The notes: generated by a model from the sequence alone, not told the origin. 63,026 bases of DNA, filler included, from Sphacelaria rigidula (GCA_964200075.2; 9 parts of 9 records of this genome joined end to end with filler, not necessarily neighbours in it), one strand, 5' to 3'. Positions 37,037-50,370 are shown, counted from the first letter of the whole stretch. A program made the numbers and translations.

Positions 37037-37974
37037 ACGGTGACGATAGTGGTGGCGAAACCATCGAGCGTCACAACAGCGACCAGAGAGCGGTGTCACT
37101 GGCAGCATCATCAAACAGGCCTCAGGTGGCATCAGCAGCCGACACCGACGAACTGTACTCGAGAGACGACGACCAATTTGAAGAGCTCGCAGATGACACA
37201 GACGCAGAGAACCTCAGGAGGGTGGTAACGCAGCTGAGGGGGGAGATCGAGGCTGGTTCTATACCCCAGGTGCGCACGCGCGTCGCCCTGGACGATCTGT
37301 TTGCGGAGCTCCGAGACGACCCAACAACCTCACCAGCAACCGCGCGACAGCGGAACGGTTTTGTATGCACAAGTCCCCTGGACGGAACAGCGAAGACAGC
37401 AAACGACCCCCGGCATCGACCAGGAGACAGCAGGAAGCTGAAGAAAGGAGAAAGCACGGACGGAACGACCACCTCCGTAAGTGGCGGCAGCGGTGTCGAC
37501 GGCTACGGAGGCGGCGATACAAGTAGCAGCACAATGGGGGGAGACTTGGAATCCTTGTCCGACATGCTGTCTCGACTTCAGGCGAACGCGCAGGCGAGAG
37601 ACCTCGCTGCGGCGGGCGCGCGGGCGGCGGTATTGCGGTCCGGCGCGCCGATTAGCGATAGTTTCTCGGCTCTAATCGCGAACACCGGGAACGAAATGCG
37701 GAGTCGATTTGCGTCGATAAGGAAGGGCAGGGTGAGTTGGGCGGTGCTGCCTCTGATCTTTCGGGCGCAGGACGCCGGTATCTTCCTTAGCACCGGCGTC
37801 TACAACGCGGCCATTGCGGCGTATCTCGGCACGCCGCGCAAGTACCGAGACGCGTTGAGGGTGCTGAATATGCTGAGGAGCTCTAAGGATGCGGACGTGC
37901 GGCCGGACATGAACTCGTACAATACGGCCATGCGGGTGTGCGGGGAGGCGGGAAAATGGAGACCGGTGCTTGAG
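36736..37974 (+). CDS. First exon of a pentatricopeptide repeat (PPR) protein, probably organelle (plastid) targeted
   Basis: 413 codons from ATG to donor GAG|GTGAAC. PPR motifs VYNAAIAAY...ALRVLNML..VRPDMNSYNTAMRVCGEAGKW. N-terminal hydrophobic leader with ASPFAV (ASAFAP-like) and a Ser/Arg/Thr-rich transit-like region. Confidence 0.88.
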
Positions 37975-39669
37975 GTGAACATTTTCGAAGGCTTCTTTAC
38001 GTGACGGGGTTTACTTGCTCATGCATCATCATCTTTTTTTTTCTCTGTACTGGTAGTGGAACACCCCCCTCTTTACTCCCTTATATCTTTCATTTCGCTA
38101 GATACGAGTGCGCAGTGCATTTTCCATTAATCACCAACCCATCTTTTCCCCGGATATTTGCATCGCATAATCATGTATCAAGCGTTGAATCAGCTCTCCC
38201 CCAGCTGGTTGGCTTTCATGAAAGTACTGTGCCGATGGAGTTCACAGCTGTACACCGTGGGTTTTGGCTGGGTGTGTCGCTACGTCAGCAGCCGTTACAC
38301 ACAAAAAGATGACCGTCTGACTCGGTCCAGCGATTTTTCAATTTCACGTCGGAGTATCACTGTCTTATTTGCCACTGACTGAAATCTGCAAAAAATCGCG
38401 AACACCATATTCTGGCCGTCCTCTTTTTTTGCGCTGTTGTCCACGTGTTTTTCGACAAAACTGTACCTCGAAGTACTTGTTTTCTCCGCTTCTCTACATG
38501 ACCTCCTCTTGCTTTTTTGGGGGGAAAGTCGTCTCCATCACGCTCAAGAGGTAGTGCCGTGCTTCCATGACATATAACAGCTGGAATCGTTGTCTTGCGA
38601 TCGGCAGCGTGAAGCCGAGTAGATGTACATGGTGAACGTATTACAGTTTTATTTGCTCGAGGGATTTTTAGTCATGTTCTAGGGTTAGATAACATAGTGG
38701 CATTTGTGCGTAGGGTGTGCGGGCTGCTGACCCACCCGGCCATAGTCAGCACATCGATATTCCCAGTGCCATAGTACCAAGAGCTGACACGATACTATAG
38801 GGGTGAAGTACACGAATACGACTGACTGATACAAACCTCCCCCAAGGTCAATGGTCTTATGAAAATTACATGTAAGACCATGAGTACACCCGCCCCCCTC
38901 CCCCTCCCCCCCCCGAAGAGGGTGTGCATTGCATTATGCTTGAATTAATACTGGATCATACAACCTCCCAAGCTCAACCAGTTTGTTGGTACAGTTTGAT
39001 GGCACTCATTAAATATAGAGCTAGCAATAAACCTCTTCGTCGAGTGTACGGAAGACCAAATCGTTCATTTTTCAAGTTGATATCTCGCTATCTCCCCTCC
39101 ATCAAACCCTCAACTGCTCCCTACACTCAATATCAGAGTATTCTCACCTTGCTCCCCTTGTGATAAACTGTATGTAGTGTCAGTCATAACCCAAGCATTG
39201 ATTGATTGATTGATTGATCGATTATCGCACTTTAACTGACCCCCCAGGGGTCCAGCCGTGGTCTCATGATAAACGTACGTACCCAAGAAAAACGAAACTG
39301 AAACACGCTATGAGAATAAGAAGGAACAGAAAAAAAAAAAGGGTCAAACAGAACGACATAGTAGACTAAGTCGTGACATGTGGGATATATTTGACGCCTG
39401 AGCACCTACATTCCGCAAAGATACTTGAAAAGTCGGTCAAGCTTTCCATGTCTTGGCCTCTGGTCTATACGTATGTCATGTTCCACACCACCTTGCTAGG
39501 AGTGTCAGAACTGTACTGCCTGTTATGGGTCCCTGTTCTCGGGAGCACCCGATGGCTATGGACTGCAAGTTAGGGTCGGCGGTGTTCATCTTCATCTCAA
39601 TTGATTTCATCACATTGGGACAGTATCTCACCCACCCGCCTGCCCCCATCCTCGGTGTTTCCTCCTTAA

Positions 39670-39876
39670 CCCTTAGACCGCGGTGCGGGTAGTCCATCTA
39701 GATTACGCTCACTTTTTTCAAGGGCATATTGATGCCGATTCAGCAGGTGACCTACCCTCGCGGTCAAAGGGCTAACCCTTAGGCCGCGGTGCGGGTAGTT
39801 CATCTGGGTCAAGCATATTTTTTTAATGGAGTATTGATGCCGATTCAGCAGGTGACCTACTCTCGCCGCCTGAGGG
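39670..39876. mobile_element. Head-to-tail dimer of the piggyBac-type MITE
   Basis: TTAA|CCCTTAG..AAAGGG|CTAA|CCCTTAG..TGAGGG|TTAA; units 39670-39771 and 39776-39876. Confidence 0.8.
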
Positions 39877-39984
39877 TTAAAGCAATGTATCTTCTCTTTC
39901 CATGCTCATTTTTTGTTTTCAAGCCATCCGGAACCTCCTTTTTTTTGCGTTCAACTCCTGAGCATGCTTACCACACCTCGTAAA

Positions 39985-40290
39985 ACGATTGGCTTGTTGG
40001 GAATGCTGTGATCGGGGCTGTGGTAATGCTGAGTTTGCCCTCAAGTGCCAAGCATGTACTTATTCGAGGCTGTCATTTCATGTGCAACACAAGCAGTACC
40101 CTTCGGACCAAACACACTCAGTAGTATGCCGCTCACTCTATATGAAATTCGCCGAATGCATCACGGCGCTTCGCGCCTGCTGACTGCGAGCCTGGTCCGG
40201 CAAAAACCCGGCGTGCTCCGTCTCGGCTTTGCAGGGATGCGAGGTCAATGGTCATATGTCTACGGCATGCATGATCATGAGTACACCCTA
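39985..40290 (+). repeat. Repeat family A copy
   Basis: Ends GGCATGCATGATCATGAGTACACCC; reverse complement of 13325-13620. Confidence 0.8.
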
Positions 40291-41835
40291 GACAATAGAC
40301 GGCATGATTTGCAATGGCAATAGAATCTGCTGCAGTAGATGCCAATATTGTCGTCCGTGATGACCATCGATCGATAAGTCACTCTTTCTCTTGTCGTCGG
40401 CAGTGTCTATCGATAGACCAGTTTCCCACACTTTTGTCTGGGCAGCAGTCTATTGTGGCCCTACACCGAAATCTATTGCGGCCGACCAAATGTATCGATC
40501 GATAGCTTTCCAAATCTAGTGATGACGACAATGGCTTTCGATAGACCGCGTTCCTAATATATTGATGACGACGATGGCTATTGATCAATTGTATACCAAA
40601 TCTATTGATGGCGGCAATCGCTCTTGATAGATTGCCTATAAAATCTATGCATGGCGGCAATGAATGATGATGAATACATACCAGAATCTACTGTGGTCTA
40701 CAATGCCTACCGATATATTTTCTCTATCGTCTATTGCCACACCTACATCACAACATACTACGTATAGAGCATATTATACTCCATTAAGGCACGGTAGAGA
40801 AGCCGCACGTGGACATGCAGTGCATATATGATACTACTTGTTGTGAATACATGACGTCACGTTTCTATTATTTTGGAACGCTTGTATTTTGTAGGGATTC
40901 GCATATATGTGGACAAAAGTTAACTAGTTTTGTTGGTGGTATGGTGTTGGTACTTATGGTCGTCCCTCTGACGGACACGAGCGCTTTCAGCACTTTTTTG
41001 AGTGGGTGAAATGTGCTTATACCCTGGACAATAGACTATGTAATGGAACATTGCCGCTGCAATAACCTCGAAAATTTGACTGTCAATGTTCATTGTCAGT
41101 CATAATCGACTGGCATCAATGTATATCGACAACTATTGTGGGCGACAATAGATTCGGGACCAGGGACAGAATGTATCATTGCCGTGACAATGGAGGGGCC
41201 AAGTTTTCTATCAGTACATATTAGTTGTTGCAGTAGGCTCTGACTTGCGGCCATCAATACATATTGTTGGCCACAATAGGATCTAAATTGCACCCGCCAA
41301 TGTCTATTGCGGGTCACATATCATCTGAATCATGACCATTAATGTACATCGCTGGTCACAATGCAATCTGAATCGCGGCCACCACAATCTATTGTTGACC
41401 ATGAAAGGAGCGGAATGGCGTCGATCACTAGCGCTATTATGTATGCGCATTTTTCGATGTATGTTTCCACCTTATTCCACAGAAGCTATGGCCAGCTATT
41501 GCCCCATGTAGTTGCGTGTTGATGTGTGTGAGGTATTGCTGCTGATGTCATGAAGATCGCTGCAGTGAGCACTATATTCATCAAAACCTATCGCTGGCGT
41601 CACCGGCTATCGATAGGTGCTCCCGAGAACAATCGATTGTTGACGGCAATGGCCATATTGATCGGTACCAGAAAATGCTTTGTTGGCGGCAGAGGCCACC
41701 GATAGACGGCTCACCGAATATATTGATGACGGCAGCTGGTATTGATAGATGGCTCACCTAATCTACCGGTAACGGCAAGGACCATCGAAGGATAGCTTGT
41801 CAAACCCATTGATTACGGCAATGGCTATCGATATA
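40290..41835. repeat. Region of degenerate ~44-bp tandem repeats in mixed orientation
   Basis: Recurrent AATCTATTGATG(A/G)CGGCAATGGCTATCGATAG at ~40500-40660 and ~41600-41835, with related CAATAG/CTATTG units at ~41020-41400. Confidence 0.7.
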
Positions 41836-41985
41836 CTTCCTCTGTCCCATAAGTAAAGGTACCGAAATTTGTAAGGGCCCTTAACGATGTCCGATCGTTT
41901 TTTTTTTTTTTTTTATATAAGATATTGTATCTATCAAAAACAGGGTTAATATTGATTTGCGTGTTTGTATCTCTATGAACTTAGC

Positions 41986-42085
41986 NNNNNNNNNNNNNNN
42001 NNNNNNNNNNNNNNNNNNNNNNNNNNNNNTTAATTAATTAANNNNNNNNNNNNNNNNNNNNNNNNNNNNNNNNNNNNNNNNNNNN
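41986..42085. other. Artificial contig spacer
   Basis: N44-TTAATTAATTAA-N44. Confidence 0.99.
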
Positions 42086-43022
42086 ATCCATCTCCTAGTA
42101 TAGCCACCGTTTTCTCCCTACTGTCTAATGCATCAAACGATTTCATGCCACCTTTGATCACGGGGGAGGAGGAGGGGGGGGTACCGCCCTGATCGATGGA
42201 TGATGGCGATAGTAGTTGTTGTACTGCACTGCACGTGCATGTCGGCAGCGTTCGCCTGCGCAGGGTATACCGAAACGGTAGGTGGTAGGGGTACGTCGAA
42301 GTAAGTAGAGAGGAACATGTCCGTAGAGGCAGGGATTGACGAACAAGCGAGGCGGCGAATCGGGTGATCTTCCCCGTACAACACCATTATTGGCAGATAT
42401 GGCTTTGCAGTTTGTTGGCAAATGAACCGGCCCAACATACATACTGTACAGGCAGTACAGGCCAGCACTGTGCTGTCTGTACTGCCTGTATATTGAATAA
42501 AACTAAACAAGTGCTGCTTCACGTAGATTTCCTGTGGGAACTGCCACTACCTCAACGTTGGATAGTCCTTTTGGCCACACCACGTGGACAACATTTCCCT
42601 TTGCAACCTCTCCCAGTGATGTGTCGCAGTTCAGTATGGTGGCGACATGTAGGTATACGCGTTGTATGAACACGGCTGTCTACCCAAACGTGGGTAAAGT
42701 ACGTGATCATGTGCAATTCACATATTGTACATATCCATAATATTATGTACATTTTCACTCAAGATTTGGATTTGGAGCATAATACTAGGTAGGCAGCAGC
42801 AACTGGTGTGTGTCCAGGTGCCCCTTGGAGCAAGATACGTTTGGTTTCTGTTTGACAACGTTTTCCCCCTCAAACCGAAATCAACAGGAATTTTAGAGTG
42901 AAAAATGTAGCAAAAAACAAGTCGAAAAAAACGAGTCGAAAAAAAACGAGTAGCAAAAAACGGGTTAGTCGAATCTGTTACCCGGAGCAGAAGCCAATAC
43001 AGTTGGTGCAATTGGAATACAT

Positions 43023-43396
43023 TGTGAGGAAGGCGAATCGCTAGGGTAGACAGACTAAGGAGGAGGCTGCCTCGGGAGAGGTCGTCCTGATACCGAAGGA
43101 ACTCCGAAGAAACTCCGAGGCTGGCGATGATTCCCTCTTGTGGTATGTAGGCAAGAAGTCGAGTGAGAAGAGAAGTGGTCGCCGGGGGGCGACCAGTTCC
43201 TCGGGGGATGTTGGTCCGTCCTGATATCAGGGGCTCTTCCTGGCATCACCCCAAGTTGTGTAGTATCATTGGCCTTAGAGGGTCCCGGTAATTTGGTCCT
43301 TTCGGATTGTTCCCACCTTGTACCTGCATGCTCTGGTTCTTGATACAAGTGTGGGATCAGTCTCTGATGTGTCACTGCAAAGCGGTGTCTTCCACA
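43023..43396 (-). repeat. 3' LTR (374 bp)
   Basis: Direct repeat of 48178-48548; adjacent to the PPT. Confidence 0.93.
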
Positions 43397-44489
43397 TTTC
43401 CCTCTCCTTATGCACCTCAAGCACATCAGGACTGTGGCTGGTGGGATAAGGCGATCATCAACTTCGCCGATGATATAATCGTGGAAGTGTCTTTGAGTGA
43501 CAATCATCGATGGAGTCACGCCACCACTAATCGCAATGGTAGCCCTTCTATATACTGTGGCATTGAGTAAACACCCCCAGTAAAGTTTTGCTACCCGTGG
43601 TCAGTAATGGTGCATTCATTGCAAACCCTTGAATTTTGTTATTTCTCTGTCATGTAACTGTGTGTGACATGTTTTCATCAGATGCCTTTTTGCACTTTAG
43701 TGCTGCTTTGCGTCTGTCGGTTATGCATGACTGGGCACTGGGACGCTGAACGGTCCACGGGCGCGTGGGTTATTCATGCCCGGATTCTGGGATGCCTTTG
43801 GTTCCGCTGACACCGGGGTAGGATAAAATCCTCGCGTCAGTAACGAAGCGATGGGAATTATGTTTTTGACCTGTGAGCATTGTGCCCTTTTGGCGAAAAA
43901 TCGTTAAAATGATCCTTGCTTCTTGTCATTGTGTGTGACATATTTTGATGGGCTGCATGCGCTGTTTGGTGCTAGCTGCATCAGTTAGGTATACATGAAT
44001 GGGCCCTGGGACACTGACCGGTCCACGGGCGCTTGGGGTAATTACGCCCGGGTTCTAGGATGCATTCGGTTCCGCTGACACCGGAGTAGAACAGAGTCCT
44101 CGCGTTAGTAAAAGAGAGGTGGGTATGATGTTCATCTTGCGAACAATGTGCGCTTCGGTGAAACATCATCGATATGATCTTTGCTTCTTGTCAGCAACTA
44201 CCCCCATTACCGCGAGGCTATCTTCCTTGGGAAGTTGTATCTCCGTCACCGCTGGCATGTCAGATATCATTCCGTTCATGTCTACATTGTTTTAACGTCA
44301 TTCTATGCGTAACGCTCATGGATCTCCGAATTGTGATCCCAGGCTACTGCTCAACCCTTGACCGTTTTGATAGGACGCTCCAACAGAACTGTTCAACAGT
44401 CACATCCGTTTCCGTGTTCCGGTATTCTTGGATTTAAAGTCCGGATGTGAGCACTCTACTAACCCATTGTCATGACGGTATTCATCGAT

Positions 44490-46014
44490 GAGATATTATA
44501 TTTAGGTATTTCATCAGCTCAATAGGTCAGGTCAGCTGCTGGGCCATAGCCTTCGAGCCTCAAACGATATGTATAGTGATGAAGATTTCTCCGACCTGGG
44601 TCTGGAGCGTGGTTACCACTTTTTCCACCACGTAACCTGCTATTTTAGGCAACCTTTCGTCTGGCTGGTCTATCTCTGGTAATGGTATCCGTTTGCCTAG
44701 GAACAGCTCGCTCAACTCATCGAAATCTGGTGCTGGTGGTGTTTCTTTGGGGTGTCATTTCCGAAAGTGAGCGAGATGTACTGACACTTCTTGAGAGTCG
44801 TCGCCTACTTTGGTTCTGTACACAACCGGCGATCGTCTCTCGGCTATCGTGAAAGGTCCTTCCTCTCCATGGTATTTGAACTTTCGGATTCGGGCCTTCT
44901 GAGTCCTGGTGTGGTCGGCAAAGGCGTACCTTTTGACCGGGTTTCAACACTGGAAAAGGTTTTAATTTGTTCTTGTCTTCTTGCCCGTTCGCTCTTTGTC
45001 GAAGAGCTTGTCTCGCGATTTCAAAACCTAACTGCAGGTTCTGCCGTGTTTATTTGGAAAGTTCTTCGGGTGTTGCAGCCTGGCTTTCCTCAGGTATGCC
45101 GAGAATGATGTCGATTGGTAATCTGGGCTGCCTTCCGAGTAATAATAATAAAAATATCTCTTGTACTGTAATGTGATAGGATGTGTTATACGCCACTTGG
45201 ATGAACGGAAGCATGTATGTCCAATTTTTGTTCCCAACTGACATATGCATAGCTAACATCGCGTGCATAGTGGGGTGGACTCGTTCCGAGATTGAATTAC
45301 CTTGCGGGTGTAACGGTGTCGTGCGAGTTTTTTTGAAACCCAGCTCTTGTTGAAGTGCGGATATTAGTTTGTTTTCAAATTCTGCTCCTTCATCCGAATG
45401 TAGCTTCCCCGGGATGCCAAATGTAGTAAAAACTCTAGAAGAGTTTTGGCTGTCGAGGTGGCTTGTTTAGTCGGTACCGGAATGAGCAAGGCATGCCTTG
45501 TGAGGTGGTCCATCACGGAAAGTACATATTTACATAGTGCTCCAGCGTTTGACATCGAAGCTGTTTTGTACTCGACTAGGTCTACCGACATTCTTTCGCA
45601 CGACCTTTCTACTGAAACATGTCCCACTGGCAATTTTTGCCGGTAGGCCGTCTTTCGGCGTTGGCAACTTTGACATTTCAAGAACCAATCCTTTATATCG
45701 CGGTTCATTGATGGCCAATAATACTTTCGTCGGATCTTGTCGTGAGTTCGCTTGAATCCAAAGTGGTCTCCGGATAGTGCATGGTCGTGATATGAGTGTA
45801 GCACGAAGCCCACCAAGGTCTTAATTAGCACAAGTTGGTAACAGACTGTGCGTGTTTTTTTCGAGTGTCCAGGCAAGTACGATTTAAATAGGACCTCATC
45901 ATGTCGTGAGTAACGTGTCATCAATGTGATCGATTCTTTTTCTGGTATCGGAGCATCTTCTTCGGTGATATATTGGATGTAAGGTCCGTACTCCAGTGCT
46001 TGCTCTTTTCGCAA
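44490..46014 (-). pseudogene. Retrotransposon integrase (HHCC, core, GPF motif, chromodomain), frameshifted
   Basis: HSYHDHALSGDHFG..YYWP..CQSCQRRK; MSVDLV..VMDHLTR; TTPLHPQGNSISERVH; GPFTI..SPVVYR; YVVEKVV..YTYRLRLEGYGPAADLTY. Confidence 0.9.
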
Positions 46015-46314
46015 TTTTTGCGCGGTCGACTGCCATGACGACGTTCGCTGCGTTTGCGTGTACTGATTTCACGGTGAACAGCTAGCTCTCTGTCCCTTTG
46101 CACCGGCTTCAAACGGTCGAACTTCTCAGCCGATTATTAAAATTGATGCTGTGGTTCAGCTATTTGCAGCGCAGGGTGTTCTGGCACTTTACGATATATT
46201 CGTGTAAGCAGCGGCGTGATTTTAGCTTCCCGTCACTTTTCAAACGCGAACAGTCGTGAGAGGGTGTCCAGAACGACATGAAGTTGCTCCGGTTTCCGTC
46301 TCCTGTTATCATCA

Positions 46315-46359
<45 letters not shown>

Positions 46360-48177
46360 CCATCACATTAGCTCGACCTGTACTGTGGTGATATAGCCTG
46401 AAATCGTATTGCGTTTCAGCTTTACGTGTCGGCTCGACGGGTTGGTGATTCGTACCATTGCCGTCTTATTTGTTGCCGATCACATGCATACTGTTTTTGT
46501 AACAGTGATGCGCGTGAATGCTCGGGGCACATCAGTCGATCGAACGTCTTCCTCGGTTATATTATGCGTGGCTCTACGACAGCTTTTGTCGTTGTTGACG
46601 GGGTATTCTCCGTTTCAATACTGCAATTGCGGTAGCCCACTGCATTTTTTTTTGTCAGAAAAAGACTGGAGCGGGGTCGTTGAAACATTTCGCACTAACT
46701 ACAGAGCAATGTGTTGTTTCGGAGTGCGTTAGATCTTATGGACCCTCTTATTTTCATATGTGATGCTTTGAATTTATACTGGAATCACTGAATGTCAGTT
46801 CTTCCACCTGCCAGTCGGGTATAGCTTTGAACGCACACATATTGGAATTGTCTAGTAGTGAAGAATCCGGCCCCAGAATAGGAAATACAAACGCTTCTAC
46901 TGGCGGGATTTTTATCGCCAACGTAAGCTCGAAACGAATGAACCCTAGGATTTTTATGGGGGAACCATCCGCGCTTCTGACATCAATGGACCCTGCGGTA
47001 CTGGTTTTATATCAGCTGCAATTATTGCCGGGTGTTCATCTATGGACTTTTGCTGGTACATAGTGCCTCTGCTGCGGAATCGATTGTGATTTTTTTCAGC
47101 TGAGGTACCATTTACTCTAGCTGCAACTCTAAACTAGATGTGGCCGGACGATCTTTTAAAGGGGTTATAGGCAGTTCTGATTTGGAATCAACAGCAGCTG
47201 CTTTTTTAACTGTTGAACATGTGTCAACTTGGAATGTAACGTTACCGATTGATTGGGGTACGACGCAGAATGTAGCATGATATGAGCCGCAACAAGTTGA
47301 GCTTCATTTCCGACGATGATGGATCCTTGTCCGGTGTGTCGCTTTTTCGACGGCTGTTATTAAGGCTGCTTAGGGACTAACTCTCATCGTGCTCTTGTTC
47401 AGCTTCTGCTTTATCCTAGCATGTACTTTCACGTCACCACTGGGGCTGTTTAGGCGCCTCTCTGGAGGCGTTACTGTACTAACTAGGAAACCCGCTTATT
47501 TCCGATATTTTTTCGACGGTTGACACTTTTCTCCATCGCATGCGTCCTGAGGTGTGAAATATTGAACTGTCTATAGTTTCCAACTTCTCTCAACTTGTGA
47601 GGTGCGATGCGGTAAGACCGTCCCATACACCTCCTTCTTTCGCTCGCTAGATGATGGGAATGACAAGGTACTGCATTCGCAGGGTGGGTAATTTTTTGTT
47701 GGTGCTATTTCGAGTCACCGTATTTGCAGAGATCGGCCTGGTTGATTAGTTGCCGTGCCTCTTGCACTATGCTGGTGGAAGGTTGGTTGATAGTTGTTGC
47801 TTCGCTGTTTGATTAGTCATTTTGATGACAAATAATGCACGCTGATGAGACTGAATTCGCGTTTCGCTGTTTGCCTAGCCGTACAGGTGGCATATAATGC
47901 ACACTCAGGAGTCTTATTCCGCGTTTCGCTGTTTGATTAGCCATGTGCGCGATATATAATGCACACTGAGAGGACTAATTTCGCGTTTACCCAAACACGT
48001 TACTCCCATAACCTCTTAACTCGAATGATTATACACATGACCCATACGTTTCACCTCCAGTAGTAGCGTTCCTTGGAGGATCCTAGTGTTTCCGGTGTCG
48101 GGGAGCATTCGGTTCTCATTCTAGTTTCTTTACTTCGACGGCCTGACTTGCCTGAGTTCTTTTTCTGGTGTCGCCAA

Positions 48178-48548
48178 TGTGAGGAAGGCGAATCGCTAGG
48201 GTAGACAGACTAAGGAGGAGGCTGCCTCGGGAGAGGTCGTCCTGATACCGAAGGGACTCCGAAGAAACTCCGAGGCTGGCGATGATTTCCTCTTGTGGTA
48301 TGTAGGCAAGAAGTCGGGTCAGACGAGGAGGGGTCGCCAGGGGCGACCAGTTCCTCGGGGGATGTTCGTCCGTCCTGATATCAGGCTCTTCCTGGCATCA
48401 CCCCAAGTTGTCTAGGATCGTTGGCCCTACAGGGTCCCGGTAATCTGGTCCTTTCGGACCGTTCCTGCTTTGTACCTGCATGCTCTGGTTCTTGATACAA
48501 GTGTGGGATCAGTCTCTGATATGTCACTGCAGAGCGGTGTCTTCCACA
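48178..48548 (-). repeat. 5' LTR (371 bp)
   Basis: Direct repeat of 43023-43396; followed on the minus strand by the PBS. Confidence 0.93.
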
Positions 48549-48999
48549 ACATTCTTCGTTCCAACTCAGAAGCATTATCTTCGCACCGAAGCACCCACGG
48601 ATCTTCTGGATACAGGGAAAACATTCACGAGAAAAGTAATTGGAGCAGGACAAATATCGTTGACTTACAGATGGGTTTTACAGAGGATCGCAAACATCTT
48701 GAGTAGATATTACCACTTAGTCGATAAGGAACTTTCCCGGAATGTATTACTTGATTTGAGCCTTAACGACGATATTCGGATCTTTAGAGGGGTTGACAGT
48801 CCCAAGTACTCTTCAACGTTTCGCAGTGAAAACACCATGAGTTTTGAGCGTGCTCAACCCGTAGACCGCAAGCGTCGCCTCGCAATAGTTTCACGGCTTG
48901 ACAGTCTAGGGACATCCGGGGTTTTCCAAGGGAGGGTGTACTCATGATCATTCATGCCATAGTCATAAGACCATTGACCTCGCATCCCTACAAAGCCGG

Positions 49000-49099
49000 N
49001 NNNNNNNNNNNNNNNNNNNNNNNNNNNNNNNNNNNNNNNNNNNTTAATTAATTAANNNNNNNNNNNNNNNNNNNNNNNNNNNNNNNNNNNNNNNNNNNN
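49000..49099. other. Artificial contig spacer
   Basis: N44-TTAATTAATTAA-N44. Confidence 0.99.
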
Positions 49100-49871
49100 T
49101 GTTTGGATGAGATAAGGGGCTCCTAACAATTCTAATCTCAGAAATTATTTCTGTACCCCTACCGTAGCATCACCCCATTGCCATTGTTATTGTTATCATT
49201 ACCATCATCAGTATCAGTATTATCATCAGTATCATGTATTGTATCATCACCACTGTAATCACTACGTGTGGGGCCAGCAGTAAATCCCACATTCGCTTTC
49301 CATACCACAACTTCTCAAGTTTTCCAGATCAGCGCGACTTGAGCATATCGCTGTGAAGTCCAGACCTGGTAACACGCGACATCGCCGCTGAATAAAGAAA
49401 GAAAATGAAAAAAAAAATGTGTTGCATAATATATTACCTGAACGACGGACGAAAAAAAAGAGAAAATGTTGGGACTCGAACTCGTTATGTCCATTATTCG
49501 AGTATTCTCTATCACTTGAATTAAACGGGCGCAGCCGTGTCACACGAAGAGTGCGACGCAAAGCCCAATTCAAGGTATTTTTGGCCGAAACTTCACCAGG
49601 ATGTCGTTGGCGCGAGTGCCCGTATGTGTTGGAGCGTTGTCGTCGTTTTTATTTCTTGTCATTTTTTATGGAAGGGTATAGCATTTTCCCTGTTTTTGCG
49701 GAAACTTCAACTCGCGCTGACTTCCTGTTTTGTTTTTCTTCTCTGCACTACTAATGGGGTTCCGCGGGTTGATGATCGAAGTGTCGTGTCAAAATTTCAG
49801 CGCCTTATTCTCCGAAATACCAATGGCATCTCCACTCTTCGTTCAAAAATCACTGTCAGCTGGTCCAGCTC

Positions 49872-50050
49872 GTATTACCATTATTATCACTATTATCAAT
49901 ATCAGTATCATTGTCTTCATCATTGTCATTCTGGTTATCATCATCATCATCAACAACATCATCGTTACCATGGTTGTCGTTGTCGTTGTCGTTGTCGTCG
50001 TCGTTGTTGTTGTTGTTGTTGCTTATGATGCTGTCGTCACCACCATCCAT
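49872..50050. repeat. Compound trinucleotide microsatellite (ATT/ATC/GTC/GTT)
   Basis: Low-complexity triplet run. Confidence 0.9.
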
Positions 50051-50204
50051 CGATTGATCGATTATATTGCCAAAAGATCCGCTACGAATTCAGCCGTGGT
50101 CAAACGATATATGTACCCAATATGCACAGAAAACAAATATGTGCACTAAGCACTCGCCTAAAAGGGTGAAGTAAATATTGTAATGCTAATATTTTTACAT
50201 CGTA

Positions 50205-50370
50205 CCCAGCAGTGGAGAGCGACCATATCGCGAGTACATGAAGTTCGACTTCACGGTTGACGAGGGAAAGGGACCGCCGAACTCTTCTCGCGATAAAAAT
50301 GAAGGCAAGCACCGCAGAAGAAAGGTGGAGTACTAGAACGAAAAATATCAAAACAACTCCTATGTAGAAC
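50205..50370 (+). mobile_element. SINE family D body (5'-truncated copy)
   Basis: CAGTGGAGAGCGAC..GTTCGACTTCACGGT..AAGGCAAGCACCGCAGAAG shared with 32505-32660. Confidence 0.75.

Larger units (their letters stand above)
43023..48548 (-). mobile_element. Ty3/Gypsy (chromodomain-bearing) LTR retrotransposon, degenerate and probably internally deleted
   Basis: LTRs at 43023-43396 and 48178-48548 (TG...CA); 4-bp TSD ACAT; PBS-like TGGCGACACCAG next to the 5' LTR; PPT TAAGGAGAGGGAAA at 43397-43410; integrase remnants. Confidence 0.93.

Noticed and set aside
49730..50149. Ile/Val-rich membrane-protein-like ORF
   Set aside because: Translation of a trinucleotide microsatellite.
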